Assembly (NCBI GenBank): GCA_965200875.1
Contig: OZ241456.1
Span: forward strand, 1,600,001 to 1,664,000
Reading direction: 5' to 3'
From: Bdellovibrionales bacterium
GTDB taxonomy: Bacteria > Bdellovibrionota > Bdellovibrionia > Bdellovibrionales > UBA1609
Length of the DNA: 64,000 nucleotides
In this document: positions 42,083 through 52,336 of the stretch, piece by piece
Numbering within the stretch: position 1 is the first letter of the stretch
Layout of the letters: each line of letters opens with the position of its first letter
The notes under the pieces: generated by a model
Database searches by the model: none
Seen by the model: only the letters and a program-made list of their open reading frames with translations
What the model was told of the DNA's origin: nothing
Program-made: the position numbers and the translations under genes

Positions 42083-42343
42083 ATGGAAGACAAATCCTTT
42101 AATAATAAAAAAAAACAACTGAAAATAGACTATAAATCGCCCGGGACTCTGTATCAGTTCATTTCAGAAGGTGGAAAAATCAGTCCAGCACGGATTACTG
42201 GTCTTAAACATTCAGAACAAAGAAAACTTAGAAATGCCGTAAAAAAAGCGCGCAGGCTTTCTCTTATACCTTCTTCAGCAAGAGCTTATGATGATTTTGG
42301 TTTCCCGGAACAAATATCTGCGGTTCCATTTGAAACAAACTGA
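42083..42343 (+). CDS. rpsR: 30S ribosomal protein S18
   Basis: IDYK...FISEGGKISPARITG...QR.L..AVKKAR.L.LIP. Confidence 0.93.
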   Translation: MEDKSFNNKKKQLKIDYKSPGTLYQFISEGGKISPARITGLKHSEQRKLRNAVKKARRLSLIPSSARAYDDFGFPEQISAVPFETN

Positions 42344-42360
42344 TCAGCCGGCCAGCCTCT

Positions 42361-42942
42361 TTAAAAATTAGCTTTTGTGCAAAACATGATTTTTTTATTG
42401 ATTTGTGAGTGCCATTCATTTAAAAAATCCGACCAGTATTTTTCAGTTATTTTTGTTTTTTGTATGTGTTCCTGTAGGTGAGTAAAAGAACCTGAAGGAG
42501 GATGAGTAAATATATTCATGCCAGCACCGATAATCAGTGTATGTACGGGGCCTTTGTTGACCACTTCTATAAGCAATCCTGCTATTTTTTTATTTTTAAT
42601 ATAAATATCATTTGGTTTTTTGATCGTAAAAGGGCATTCCTCCCAGGAATTTTTAAGGGCTGTATGTAAAGCCTGTCCCATTAAATCCACCGTAACAGGC
42701 TGTGGAGCTTTTTTAAGGGAATAGCTCCAACTTACCATCATATCGCTGTTGATCCATTGACGATTTTTTCTACCACGGCCTTTAGTTTGAAATTCAGCAA
42801 TGAAAAGAAGAGGTGTATATTGTTGGCTGTTTATTGAATGCTCTTTTGCTTTATCATTAGTGCTGGTGGTTTGATGGTAAAACACAAAAGGTAAGTCGGT
42901 TTTTTTTGCCCATTTTTTTGTCCATTGTGCGATGAGTGTCAT
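42361..42942 (-). CDS. birA: Biotin protein ligase, catalytic domain only
   Basis: STND, QTKGRGR..RQW, KKPNDI...KKIAGLLIE, GAGMN. Confidence 0.85.
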   Translation of the reverse strand: MTLIAQWTKKWAKKTDLPFVFYHQTTSTNDKAKEHSINSQQYTPLLFIAEFQTKGRGRKNRQWINSDMMVSWSYSLKKAPQPVTVDLMGQALHTALKNSWEECPFTIKKPNDIYIKNKKIAGLLIEVVNKGPVHTLIIGAGMNIFTHPPSGSFTHLQEHIQKTKITEKYWSDFLNEWHSQINKKIMFCTKANF

Positions 42943-42947
42943 GGATA

Positions 42948-44543
42948 CTATTCTTCATTATCTTCTACATTGTTTTCTGCATATTCGTTATCTAGGTTAT
43001 TCAATTTACTGTATTCATCAAAGCTTTGCAGAGCATCTAAATCTGGATCCTCGGCCAGCGGATCATTTTCGTTTTGGGGGCTTTGATTTTTTGGTGTTTT
43101 CTCTTGGTTATCATCCAGAGCTGAAAGAGGTGCTGGAGCCAGATCGTGCTCTTCTTCATTATCTAACAGCTGATTCAGTTTTTTTGTAATAAGCTTTTTG
43201 GATAATTCAGGCACTACTTGCCACACAGCTTTTTCCGCTATTTTCTGAATGATTCCCTGACTGCTTTGATCAAAAAGCGACTTTAACTGTGTTGTGACTT
43301 CTTTTTCAATTTGCTCTTTTTCCCACTGTTTAATATCTGTGATGATCTGATTTTTTAACTGAGTGATATCTTCATCAGGTAACATTTTTAAAGGCACACT
43401 TTTTGGTTTGAAGGCAGATATTTTTTTATCAGAAGAAGGTGGTGAACCTTCTGGAGTGTTCAGAATTTTTACATCGTCTTGCTTTGTTTTTTCTGCATTG
43501 GGGTTTTCAATCGTATTATGTGCAGGTTGATAGAGTATTTGATCAGACTGTTTTTTGTCATCTATCTGTGTTTCTCTAAGTCTTTCTTCGAGTTTGGTGA
43601 TATTGGTACCGGTAACAGGTTTAATACCTCCTGAAGTGGAATCTGAAGTGGGGGGGGAGGCAGGAGGGGCAGAAGAGGAGGCAGGAGGGGCAGAGGCAAC
43701 AGGGGCAGAAGGGACAGCAGGGGCAGAGGGTTGAGACACTTGACTGAAAACAGGAGCTTTTACGGGCGTTGAACTTTGCTCCGGGGCTGGTTCAAACTCC
43801 GGTGCTGTTTCAAACTTTGGTGCTGGTGGTGCTGGTTCAGAATCGGGTATGGTGAAATTGACATTGGTGATGGGTTTTATGCCTTCTTCTTCAGAGGGCC
43901 GATGTTCGGAGGGCTGATGAGGTGCTTGACTGAAAACAGGAGCTTTTACAGGTATTGAACTTTGTTCACTTTTAGCTTCAGTGAATTCAGCAACAGGCTT
44001 TATACCCCCTGGCTTTATACCCCCTGGCTTTATACCCCCTGGCTTTATACTTCCTGCCGGTGGTTGCTGAGTGCTTTGCATTGTATAGAGGCTATCTTGC
44101 TGAATATTTACTGTTTTTTCAGACTGATCACCTTTAGCTTCCACAAAATCAGGAATAGGTGGAAATTTTAAATGTTTGTTTAGTATATTTCTTTTTGCCT
44201 TTGGCACAAAGCGAGTGACCAAGTTTCGCAGTTTATCCGCTGAAATAGGCTTTTGCAAAAAATCCCGCGCGGAGCTGGCTTGTAAAGCTTCCGGGTTTAA
44301 CTCTGTTTTTGCCATTAAAATAACAGGAATATTTTTAAATCTCTCATCACCCAATTGTTTTTTTATATCCTGTGAAAAAGTGAAGTCTATAAATATGATA
44401 TCAGGTTTATTATATTGTATTTTTTCCACCAGCTTGGAAGTATCGTCTATTCTATGTACTGTTGGTCTATAATGGTACAAAACATGATGAAAAATCTTTT
44501 GAACAACAGGAGATGAGTCGTATAAAATAATTTCAATTCCCAT
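42948..44543 (-). CDS. RomR-like response regulator (receiver, Pro-rich linker, conserved C-terminal helix)
   Basis: N-terminal receiver (PDIIFID, FLQKP), long Pro/Ser linker, AEKAVWQVVPEL motif resembling the RomR C-region. Confidence 0.75.
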   Translation of the reverse strand: MGIEIILYDSSPVVQKIFHHVLYHYRPTVHRIDDTSKLVEKIQYNKPDIIFIDFTFSQDIKKQLGDERFKNIPVILMAKTELNPEALQASSARDFLQKPISADKLRNLVTRFVPKAKRNILNKHLKFPPIPDFVEAKGDQSEKTVNIQQDSLYTMQSTQQPPAGSIKPGGIKPGGIKPGGIKPVAEFTEAKSEQSSIPVKAPVFSQAPHQPSEHRPSEEEGIKPITNVNFTIPDSEPAPPAPKFETAPEFEPAPEQSSTPVKAPVFSQVSQPSAPAVPSAPVASAPPASSSAPPASPPTSDSTSGGIKPVTGTNITKLEERLRETQIDDKKQSDQILYQPAHNTIENPNAEKTKQDDVKILNTPEGSPPSSDKKISAFKPKSVPLKMLPDEDITQLKNQIITDIKQWEKEQIEKEVTTQLKSLFDQSSQGIIQKIAEKAVWQVVPELSKKLITKKLNQLLDNEEEHDLAPAPLSALDDNQEKTPKNQSPQNENDPLAEDPDLDALQSFDEYSKLNNLDNEYAENNVEDNEE

Positions 44544-44760
44544 AACTTTAAAGATATAAACTGTTTTTGCTTGATTGAGTCAAGAAGTTTAAACAAGTGG
44601 ATTATGAAAAAACGAGTTATATATGAAAAAAGCTTGTAATTTTGAGCAGGTGTCATTTGGTGACACTTTTTTGAAAAAACAAGCAGATATTTAAAACTCT
44701 CTAAAAAAGTGACTTCTTGAGTATTTCCTGATAAATGTTTTTAAGGGAGGAAGTCTGATT

Positions 44761-45360
44761 ATGGCTGTATTGAAAATCTTGAAATTTCCCAATCCGTGTC
44801 TAAGACGCAAATGCGCTCCTATTAAGAAAATAACAGATGATTTGGTAAAATTAGCTGATGATATGCTGGAAACCATGTATGCCTCTCATGGAATAGGGCT
44901 TTCTGCCATTCAGGTTAATCATTTTGTGCGGGTTTTAACGGCAGATACACGGGCACTTTATTCCAGTGGCAGTGAACGATATGAAAGTGTGGAAATAGGA
45001 AAGTATGAAAAATCAGTTGCCCAGCCCGTAGTTTTGTTTAACCCTGAAATACTCAGTCAGTCCGGGAAGATTCTTTTTAGGGAAGGATGTTTGAGTTTTC
45101 CTTCTTATTACGCGGAAGTGAAACGATCTGCCTTAATTGAAGTGCGAGGTATAAATAAATTCGGAAAAACAGTTTTAATAAAAACAGACGGAGTGCTGGC
45201 TGTTTGTATTCAGCATGAGATAGATCATTTGAACGGGAAATTGTTTATAGATCACTTAAGCCTTGTTAAAGCGGATCGTCTTCGTGCTCAAATAAAAAAA
45301 TATGGCTACCCTGCGCCAGATGACCCAGATTCAGATAAACAAAAAGAAGATATATTGTGA
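44761..45360 (+). CDS. def: Peptide deformylase
   Basis: GIGLSAIQ, EGCLS, QHEIDHLNG. Confidence 0.97.
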   Translation: MAVLKILKFPNPCLRRKCAPIKKITDDLVKLADDMLETMYASHGIGLSAIQVNHFVRVLTADTRALYSSGSERYESVEIGKYEKSVAQPVVLFNPEILSQSGKILFREGCLSFPSYYAEVKRSALIEVRGINKFGKTVLIKTDGVLAVCIQHEIDHLNGKLFIDHLSLVKADRLRAQIKKYGYPAPDDPDSDKQKEDIL

Positions 45361-46367
45361 AGCACCAAGTTTTTTCTGTTATATTTTTAGGCACAGATGA
45401 CATATCTCTTCAGGGTTTGAATCATCTGTTGCGACATCCTGAGTTTGAAGTAAAAGGAATTGTTACACAAAAGTCGCGCCGGCAAGGAAGAGGGATGCGT
45501 TTTCTGGATTCTGCCGTGGCTCAAAGAGCTAAAGAATTATCCCTTCCTGTATTGACACCAGATAACTTAAAAGATCCGGATTTTTTGTCTCAAGTAAAAA
45601 AATTGCAAGCAAAGTGGCTTGTTTTGATATCTTACGGAAAAATACTTCCTCCGGTTTTGTTATCCATGTTTCCTGAAAGAGCTTTGAATTTTCACGCCAG
45701 CCTGCTTCCCCGCTGGAGGGGATCAGCTCCTATAGAGCGGGCTATTATGGCCGGAGACAAAAAATTAGGCATGAGTTTGCAGGTAATGACTCCTCATTTG
45801 GATACAGGCCCTTTAATAGGAACACGCTCATTTGAAATGAATATGGAAATGGATTCCTCTTATGCTTTTAAAAAAATGACAGATTTGATTCAGGACCTTT
45901 TAACAGATTTACGGGAATACATGAAAGGTCGTCTTACTCCTGTTTTACAGGACGAAACTCAAGTGAGTTATGCTCAAAAAATTGATAAAAAAGAAAGTCG
46001 GATTATATGGAACGAGTCTTCTCTTAAGATTTTTAATAAAATCAGAGCTTTGGTCAAAGGACCTCAAGCTTACACCCTTTACAAGGGAAAAAGAATAAAA
46101 ATTTATAAAGCAAAATGGGATATTGAACACGAAACTTCGCCAAGTTTTCAATCTGACTTTGCTGTTTCCACTTCCAGCACTGAGTTAAAAAATGACACTG
46201 GTTTTTCTCCCGGACAAGTAGTGAAGACAGGTTCTGATCACTTTAAAGTGGCTTGTGGGGATTCCTCTCTTTCTGTTATTCAAGTGCATCCAGAGTCCAA
46301 AAAAATCATGTCTGCTGGAGAGTACATAAGAGGATATAATTTAAAAGAGGGGGATTTTTTTTCTTGA
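45357..46367 (+). CDS. fmt: Methionyl-tRNA formyltransferase
   Basis: FLGT, YGKILP, NFHASLLPRWRGSAPI, LDTGP; follows def. Confidence 0.96.
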   Translation: MKHQVFSVIFLGTDDISLQGLNHLLRHPEFEVKGIVTQKSRRQGRGMRFLDSAVAQRAKELSLPVLTPDNLKDPDFLSQVKKLQAKWLVLISYGKILPPVLLSMFPERALNFHASLLPRWRGSAPIERAIMAGDKKLGMSLQVMTPHLDTGPLIGTRSFEMNMEMDSSYAFKKMTDLIQDLLTDLREYMKGRLTPVLQDETQVSYAQKIDKKESRIIWNESSLKIFNKIRALVKGPQAYTLYKGKRIKIYKAKWDIEHETSPSFQSDFAVSTSSTELKNDTGFSPGQVVKTGSDHFKVACGDSSLSVIQVHPESKKIMSAGEYIRGYNLKEGDFFS

Positions 46368-47047
46368 ACTGGAAAAAAGAAATAATTTCAAGTAAAAATC
46401 AATTAGTGGCTCCCAGTATTTTATCGGCTGATTTTTCCCGCTTAGGGGAAGAAGCTCAGGCTTTGGAGTCTGCGGGCGCAGATCGACTCCATATTGATGT
46501 AATGGATGGACATTTTGTCCCTAATTTGACTGTAGGAGCTCCCGTGGTGAAAAGTCTAAAAAAAATCACCGCTTTGCCTTTGGATGTTCATTTAATGGTA
46601 AATGAACCAGGAAAAATGATTGCTTTTTTTGCGTCTGCGGGCGCAGACTCCATAACCATCCATATAGAATCCACTAAAAATCCTCGAGAGGTTTTAAACC
46701 AAATTCGCGAGCAAAAAGTATTGGCAGGTTTAACTTTAAAACCTGCCACACCTTTAGAAAAGCTATTCCCTTTTCTGCAGGAACTGGATTTAGTCTTGAT
46801 TATGACTGTTGAACCAGGCTTTGGTGGTCAGGACTTACTGTTGGATCAGGTTTCAAAAATCAAAGCTTTGCAGGAAGAACTGGCCCGGCAAGATCTCAAT
46901 AATGTATCTATTCATGTGGATGGAGGTGTGAATGATAAAGTTTTACATTTGTTATCTCATGCTGATGTGCTGGTTTCCGGAAATTTTATATTTAAACATG
47001 AAAGTAGCTATCAGTCGGCTATTTCTCTCCTCAAAGGAGAAAAGTAG
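46364..47047 (+). CDS. rpe: Ribulose-phosphate 3-epimerase
   Basis: APSILSADF, HIDVMDGHFVPN, MTVEPGFGGQ, VDGG. Confidence 0.97.
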   Translation: MNWKKEIISSKNQLVAPSILSADFSRLGEEAQALESAGADRLHIDVMDGHFVPNLTVGAPVVKSLKKITALPLDVHLMVNEPGKMIAFFASAGADSITIHIESTKNPREVLNQIREQKVLAGLTLKPATPLEKLFPFLQELDLVLIMTVEPGFGGQDLLLDQVSKIKALQEELARQDLNNVSIHVDGGVNDKVLHLLSHADVLVSGNFIFKHESSYQSAISLLKGEK

Positions 47048-47133
47048 TAAGCTCTTCTTTACGCGCACGAGAAATTTAATTTTTCCCTAGCACTTACTTG
47101 AAATTTTAAACAGAATACAGGAGTATAAATCTT

Positions 47134-48945
47134 ATGAAACCAAAAGAATTTATTAAAGACTTAAAACGCAGTCACTATTGCGGTGATCTTCGGGCTGAAC
47201 ATGCAGAAGAGATAGTGGTGCTTATGGGTTGGGTTAAAAAAATCAGAGATCACGGCGGATTATTGTTTATGGATTTGAGAGACAAAAAGGGATATGTACA
47301 GGTGGTGTTGGATCCTAAAAAAGAGGGTTTGGCAAAAGAAGTCTCCTCTTTTGGTCCGGAAAGTGTGGTGGCCGTTCAGGGTAAAGCATGTATGAGGCCG
47401 AAGGACATGGTGAGCGATAAAACACCAACTGGAGAAGTGGAAGTGGTGGCAAAAAGATGCAAACTGCTTTCCCGGGCAGATACACCACCGTTTGTGGTGG
47501 AAAGTAAAAATGTGTCTGAAAGCCTGAGTTTAAAATACCGCTATTTGGATCTGAGATCCAAGCGCATGCAAAAAAATATTCAGATGGCCCACGAGCTATA
47601 TCAGGAAATTCGAAAGGAGTTAAACCCTAAAGGTTTTATTGAGGTAAACACCCCAGTTTTATATAAGACCACTCCTGAAGGGGCGAGAGATTACCTAGTG
47701 CCTTCCCGTTTGCATCCTGGTTCTTTTTACGCTTTGGTGCAAAGCCCTCAAACTTTAAAGCAGATTTTAATGATCTCTGGAGTGGATCGGTATTTTCAAC
47801 TAGCTCGTTGTTTCCGGGATGAGGATCTGCGCTCTGACCGACAACCCGAGTTTACACAAATTGATATGGAAATGAGTTTCGTCAATGAAGAGGATATTTT
47901 GCAAATCAATACGGATCTATTGAACACATTATGGAAAAAATTCAAAAATCAGAAAGTGGGTGATATTCCTTCCATGTCCTACGAGCAGGCTATGAGGGAA
48001 TATGGGACAGACCGCCCGGACTTACGAAATCCCTTAAAGCTAAAAGATATCAGCCAAGTTGCCCGAGGCTCTGGTTTTGAAGTGCTGGAGAGAGTATTGA
48101 AAAAAAACGGAGTGGTCAGGGCTTTGTCGCTTTCAGGTTTTCAGGAGCATTTTAACACCAGCCGTTTGAAAAAAATCACAAATGAGGTCATCAAGCGAGG
48201 CTTAGGAGGATTGCTTTGGATTAAATCTTCCGAGGAAGGGAAGTTGAAATCCCCTGCGGAAAAATGGATGGATAAAGTCATATTGCAAAAAATTTTTTCA
48301 TCTGCCGGCGGAAGAGAAAATGGAGTTGTTTTGATATTAGCTGGTTCGCCAAGGGAAATCTCCCCTTCCGCAGATTTTTTAATTCGCACATTGGGAAAAG
48401 AAGAAGGTTTAATCAACACGAATCAGGATAAATTTGTGTGGATAAGAGACTTTCCCTTATTGGAATATGATAGTGGAAATCAGAGATGGAAGTCCTGTCA
48501 TCACCCTTTTACAGCACCTTTGGATGCAGATCTGTCTTTGCTTTTAGCGCAAAAGTTGGATGTTCGACCTTTACGGGCCAAAGCATACGATCTGGTTTGC
48601 AATGGCCAGGAGCTTGCAGGTGGCAGTATGCGAATACACAATCAGGAAACACAGTCAGCGATTTTTAAAGCACTGGCCTTGAGTCAGAAAGAATGCCAAG
48701 AAAAGTTTGGCTTTTTTCTGGAAGCACTTCGTTATGGAGTCCCTCCTCATGGTGGAATCGCCTGGGGCTTGGACAGATTGTTAATGCTCCTGAGTGGTAC
48801 GGATAATATAAGGGATGTGATCGCTTTCCCCAAAACCACGAGTGGCCTTTGTTTAATGTCATCCGCTCCTTCCGCTCCTGAAAGAGATCAGCTGTTGGAT
48901 TTGGGTATTCAGCTGATAAAAAAAGACTCAGGGTTGGATAAGTGA
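47134..48945 (+). CDS. aspS: Aspartyl-tRNA synthetase
   Basis: RSHYCG, TPEGARDYLVPSR, FRDEDLRSDRQPEFTQ, PPHGGIAWGLDR, IAFPKT. Confidence 0.98.
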   Translation: MKPKEFIKDLKRSHYCGDLRAEHAEEIVVLMGWVKKIRDHGGLLFMDLRDKKGYVQVVLDPKKEGLAKEVSSFGPESVVAVQGKACMRPKDMVSDKTPTGEVEVVAKRCKLLSRADTPPFVVESKNVSESLSLKYRYLDLRSKRMQKNIQMAHELYQEIRKELNPKGFIEVNTPVLYKTTPEGARDYLVPSRLHPGSFYALVQSPQTLKQILMISGVDRYFQLARCFRDEDLRSDRQPEFTQIDMEMSFVNEEDILQINTDLLNTLWKKFKNQKVGDIPSMSYEQAMREYGTDRPDLRNPLKLKDISQVARGSGFEVLERVLKKNGVVRALSLSGFQEHFNTSRLKKITNEVIKRGLGGLLWIKSSEEGKLKSPAEKWMDKVILQKIFSSAGGRENGVVLILAGSPREISPSADFLIRTLGKEEGLINTNQDKFVWIRDFPLLEYDSGNQRWKSCHHPFTAPLDADLSLLLAQKLDVRPLRAKAYDLVCNGQELAGGSMRIHNQETQSAIFKALALSQKECQEKFGFFLEALRYGVPPHGGIAWGLDRLLMLLSGTDNIRDVIAFPKTTSGLCLMSSAPSAPERDQLLDLGIQLIKKDSGLDK

Positions 48946-50210
48946 GTGTAAAGGGCTTCAAATAAAAAACCGGTTTTTTCCACCCCGGAAAGCTGATAAA
49001 CACCCATCAGTTTCCTTTCTCCATTGTATTTGCCCAGTACAATCAAATACTCAATACTGAGTACAATCATTTGTCTTATAGTGTAGGTATCCCAGGATGG
49101 AGCACCCATCTGCACCAGCATTTCCAGTCGCCAAAGAGCTTGTTTATGATCTTTGGCGTGAATAGTTCCCAGACTACCACTGTGTCCTGTTGCCAGAGCC
49201 ATAAGCAGATCTTTGGCCTCCGTGCCTCTGGTCTCTCCCATGATTATTCTGTCTGGTCTCATACGCAGGCTTTGTCTGACCAATTCGCTTTGATCAATAT
49301 TCAGGAGAGTGCTTGGACTGTTACTGTTCTCACGGGTCAGAAGTTTTGTACTGAAAGCATTGGGGAGGATAAGCTCACTACTGTCTTCAATAGTTATAAC
49401 TCGCTCTTTTGGGGGGAGGCATTGGAGGCAAGCATTTAATACAGATGTTTTTCCCGAACTGGTAGGACCTGCAATTAAAATATTTGTTTTTTCCTGAAGA
49501 AGTTTTTCAATCAGTTTAATGGCTTTTTCCGGTGCCCATCTCTGATCTTTAAGCCGGGAAAAACTCCACGGGTTACGAGGATGCCTTCTAAAGCTTAAGT
49601 GAAAGTCTGTTTGAACCACCGGTTGCCTAATCACATGGACCCTCCAACCTCTCCAGTTTCCATCCACAAAAGGCTTTTTCAGGCTAAGCACCATATCTGC
49701 TGATTCCAAGATACGGTGAATAAAATTATGAAAGGTGAGTTGGGAGAGGAATGTATCCGGTAAAAGATGAAGGCAGGTTTTTTGCTCGTAAAAAATCTGA
49801 TCTTTCCCGTTGATAATAATTTCTGAAATATCGGCGTTTTGCATAAGTGGCTCAACAGGGCCTAATCCAAAAAACTCTTCTTTGAGACGAGCATGGTACT
49901 GAGGGGGAGAAAGCTTTTCCAGTTTGGCTTTCATGTTGTTTATATAGGATTCTGTTGCCTCCTGCTTAAGAGAGCTTAACCGGGAAAAATCCATCTCTGA
50001 AAGCTCCTGGATTTTTTTAAAAACCCTGGCGAAAGCAAGTTTTAACTCTGGGTTTTCTGCTGGAGCTTCAGGTTGTAGCACCGATGCTTTTACGGGCACT
50101 TCAGGTTGTAGCACCGATGCTTTTACCAGATCTTCAGGTTGTAGCACCGATGCTTTTACGGGCACTTCAGTTTCCTGCACTGATGGTTTTACCAGCTCTT
50201 CAGGTTGCAT
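48909..50210 (-). CDS. cpaF: Tad pilus ATPase CpaF/TadA with N-terminal 11-aa repeats
   Basis: GLGPVEPL, GPTSSGKTS, ITIED, LRMRPDRIIMGETRG.E, TGHSG..GTIHA. Confidence 0.92.
   Translation of the reverse strand: MQPEELVKPSVQETEVPVKASVLQPEDLVKASVLQPEVPVKASVLQPEAPAENPELKLAFARVFKKIQELSEMDFSRLSSLKQEATESYINNMKAKLEKLSPPQYHARLKEEFFGLGPVEPLMQNADISEIIINGKDQIFYEQKTCLHLLPDTFLSQLTFHNFIHRILESADMVLSLKKPFVDGNWRGWRVHVIRQPVVQTDFHLSFRRHPRNPWSFSRLKDQRWAPEKAIKLIEKLLQEKTNILIAGPTSSGKTSVLNACLQCLPPKERVITIEDSSELILPNAFSTKLLTRENSNSPSTLLNIDQSELVRQSLRMRPDRIIMGETRGTEAKDLLMALATGHSGSLGTIHAKDHKQALWRLEMLVQMGAPSWDTYTIRQMIVLSIEYLIVLGKYNGERKLMGVYQLSGVEKTGFLFEALYTHLSNPESFFIS
50060..50210 (-). repeat. 33-bp tandem repeat (LQPEVPVKASV-like) about x4.5
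   Basis: cttcaggttgtagcaccgatgcttttac is repeated. Confidence 0.9.
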
Positions 50211-50238
50211 GTATTCTTTCCCCCTGTTTCCGGTTTGT

Positions 50239-51579
50239 TCATGGTGAATTTGCTTTTAACAAAATAGCCGTGATAAAAATATTCAAGCGGGTATGTTCTG
50301 TAATTTTTCCTTTAAAGGAGAGTAGTGGACCAGCTAAAGGCAGGCGAAAAATTTCCGCTGGGGCGGAGCGACTTTTCCCCTTTTGTCGCCGTATCAATTT
50401 GGAAAGCAGGAGACTTTGTCCACTCTTCATGGTTATAGAAGTGGTAATATTGCTACTTTTAAGGGAAGGGGCGGAACGAACAGAATGGGCATGGTCCACT
50501 TCCGAAATATTCGCATGAACCTTGATATTTATTTTATCTGTTTGATCCGCTTTAGCGTTGAAATTCAACCTTATTCCATAAGGTTTCCATTGGATTCCCT
50601 GAGTTCCACTTTCCGGATTAAAATGAGGAATGGGAACTTCTCCTCCAGAATGAAAATAAGACTCCTTTCCACTTTCACCAAGCAAAACTGCTGAGGATAA
50701 AATCTCAGCCTGGCCTTTGTCTTCCATAGCTTTAAAGGTGGAAAGCATATCTTTAAAAAGACTGCCATCCAACAGTCGGTTTATTGTTTTGTCTCCAAAA
50801 TCAATATGAGTTTGAAAAGAATGATTGTTACTACTTTCCACAAGAAGAATTTTTATTTTAATCAAGGGAGGAGTCGGCAGGAGAGAAGGATCAGGTTTGA
50901 CTGTTACGCCAAAGGGTTTTAGTTTTGTTTGGTACAGGTTTTTCAGAGAATCCTCATCAGGAACAAGAGCCGTCAAAGGTTTTTCCCAAAGCAGGACAGG
51001 ATGAAAAAGGCTTCCGATATTTTTGTAAATATATTCCTTTAGTTTAAGGCGCAAAGAAGGTGCTACTTCTGCTGAAAACCGATAGTTCAGATTAAGAGAC
51101 CTTGCCACTCGGGCAAGATCTCCAAAATCTTTTTCCCGGTAAAGGTGACCTTGAATATGAATATGGTCTTTTATAAATCGCGCTCTAAGGCCCATGCGAT
51201 TAGAAAGAAACTCATTTATAGCCATCAGGTTTTTCTTTTGCTCTTCGCTCAAAACATGAATGTGGTATAAACGGGAATCCAAACTTAAAAGCACCTCCCC
51301 TTCTTTTTTAGCACGAACAATTACAGCAGAACCTTTATCCTGAACAGAAACAATACCTGGTTTGCTCAACCATATTTTTTCAAAAAAAGGACTAAAAAGT
51401 TGAGTCATTTCTCCTCTTTCCAAGAGGAGAGTTTGCTTTTTTTCTGCGGGTTCTTTCGCAAAAGCTGTTGAAAATAAAATTGATTGGTTTTTACCTTTTA
51501 AAGAAAGCAAAAACGAACCAGCTATTTCAAGCGGAAGAATAATCATGGCAAACAAAAAAAGGCATAAATATTTCATCAA
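50239..51579 (-). CDS. cpaC: Tad secretin CpaC/RcpA
   Basis: FHSGGEVPIP...WKPYGIRL, LPLAGPLL, LNIFIT; adjacent to cpaF. Confidence 0.85.
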   Translation of the reverse strand: MMKYLCLFLFAMIILPLEIAGSFLLSLKGKNQSILFSTAFAKEPAEKKQTLLLERGEMTQLFSPFFEKIWLSKPGIVSVQDKGSAVIVRAKKEGEVLLSLDSRLYHIHVLSEEQKKNLMAINEFLSNRMGLRARFIKDHIHIQGHLYREKDFGDLARVARSLNLNYRFSAEVAPSLRLKLKEYIYKNIGSLFHPVLLWEKPLTALVPDEDSLKNLYQTKLKPFGVTVKPDPSLLPTPPLIKIKILLVESSNNHSFQTHIDFGDKTINRLLDGSLFKDMLSTFKAMEDKGQAEILSSAVLLGESGKESYFHSGGEVPIPHFNPESGTQGIQWKPYGIRLNFNAKADQTDKINIKVHANISEVDHAHSVRSAPSLKSSNITTSITMKSGQSLLLSKLIRRQKGKSRSAPAEIFRLPLAGPLLSFKGKITEHTRLNIFITAILLKANSP

Positions 51580-51588
51580 TAATCGTTA

Positions 51589-51604
51589 TGCAAACTTCGT
51601 GCCA
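51589..51604 (-). promoter_or_regulatory. sigma54 promoter consensus upstream of cpaC
   Basis: TGGCACGAAGTTTGCA on the minus strand. Confidence 0.75.
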
Positions 51605-51777
51605 TTTTCTATTTTTGGAAGTTGTATTGGCGAACTTTCAAATTATTTATCCAATAATATCAATAAATTAAAATTTTTTCGATAAAGTGTTGATACTTAC
51701 ACTTTCTTTTATCCAGCTTCTCTTTTGGTATCCTGCCCCTGAAAAACGCAACATAAAAAAACGGATTGACACACAGA

Positions 51778-51806
51778 TTGACAAAATTACTGCAACTCCG
51801 TATAAT
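51778..51806 (+). promoter_or_regulatory. Consensus sigma70 promoter
   Basis: TTGACA-17 bp-TATAAT upstream of ORF 51842. Confidence 0.75.
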
Positions 51807-51841
51807 TTCACAAATATCAAAAAACTTCCAAGTAACAAAGG

Positions 51842-52336
51842 GTGAAGATGTTAAACTTAAAAAAAATTATTAAACCAATCTCACTTTTTTTATTCAGCAT
51901 TTTTTCCGTTTTTTGTGTCACTGAAGGAAACGGAACAGGAGTTTCCTCTTTTGAGGACATACTTCCGGCAGGAACTCGTATGGTGATCCCGACAGAAATC
52001 ATGCAGGAATATCAGTTCGTCTCGAAAAAATGGGGGCATCCCTTCAATTATTTATCTCATTACTATTCCAGCCTCGGCCCTTCCACTCTCCATAAGGACC
52101 AGCACACCTATTATATTCCCTTAAGCCGAGAGGACAAACAAAACACAGAGCAACCAATCAGCAAAAAAGCAGTGATGGTGGATCTGATGAATGTGAAAAT
52201 GAATGAGGAAGGTACTGTTTTTACAGCTGTCAGGGATAGTTATATTATACAATGGAAAAATGTTTTTATTGCTATTGTTGATATCCCTGCTTGGAATCAG
52301 GCTGTTCATCCCTCTTTGCTCACAACCGATAAATAA
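51842..52336 (+). CDS. Secreted hypothetical protein sharing a duplicated domain with the next gene
   Basis: Signal-like N-terminus; about 95 aa near-identical to 52364..53131. Confidence 0.6.
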   Translation: MKMLNLKKIIKPISLFLFSIFSVFCVTEGNGTGVSSFEDILPAGTRMVIPTEIMQEYQFVSKKWGHPFNYLSHYYSSLGPSTLHKDQHTYYIPLSREDKQNTEQPISKKAVMVDLMNVKMNEEGTVFTAVRDSYIIQWKNVFIAIVDIPAWNQAVHPSLLTTDK

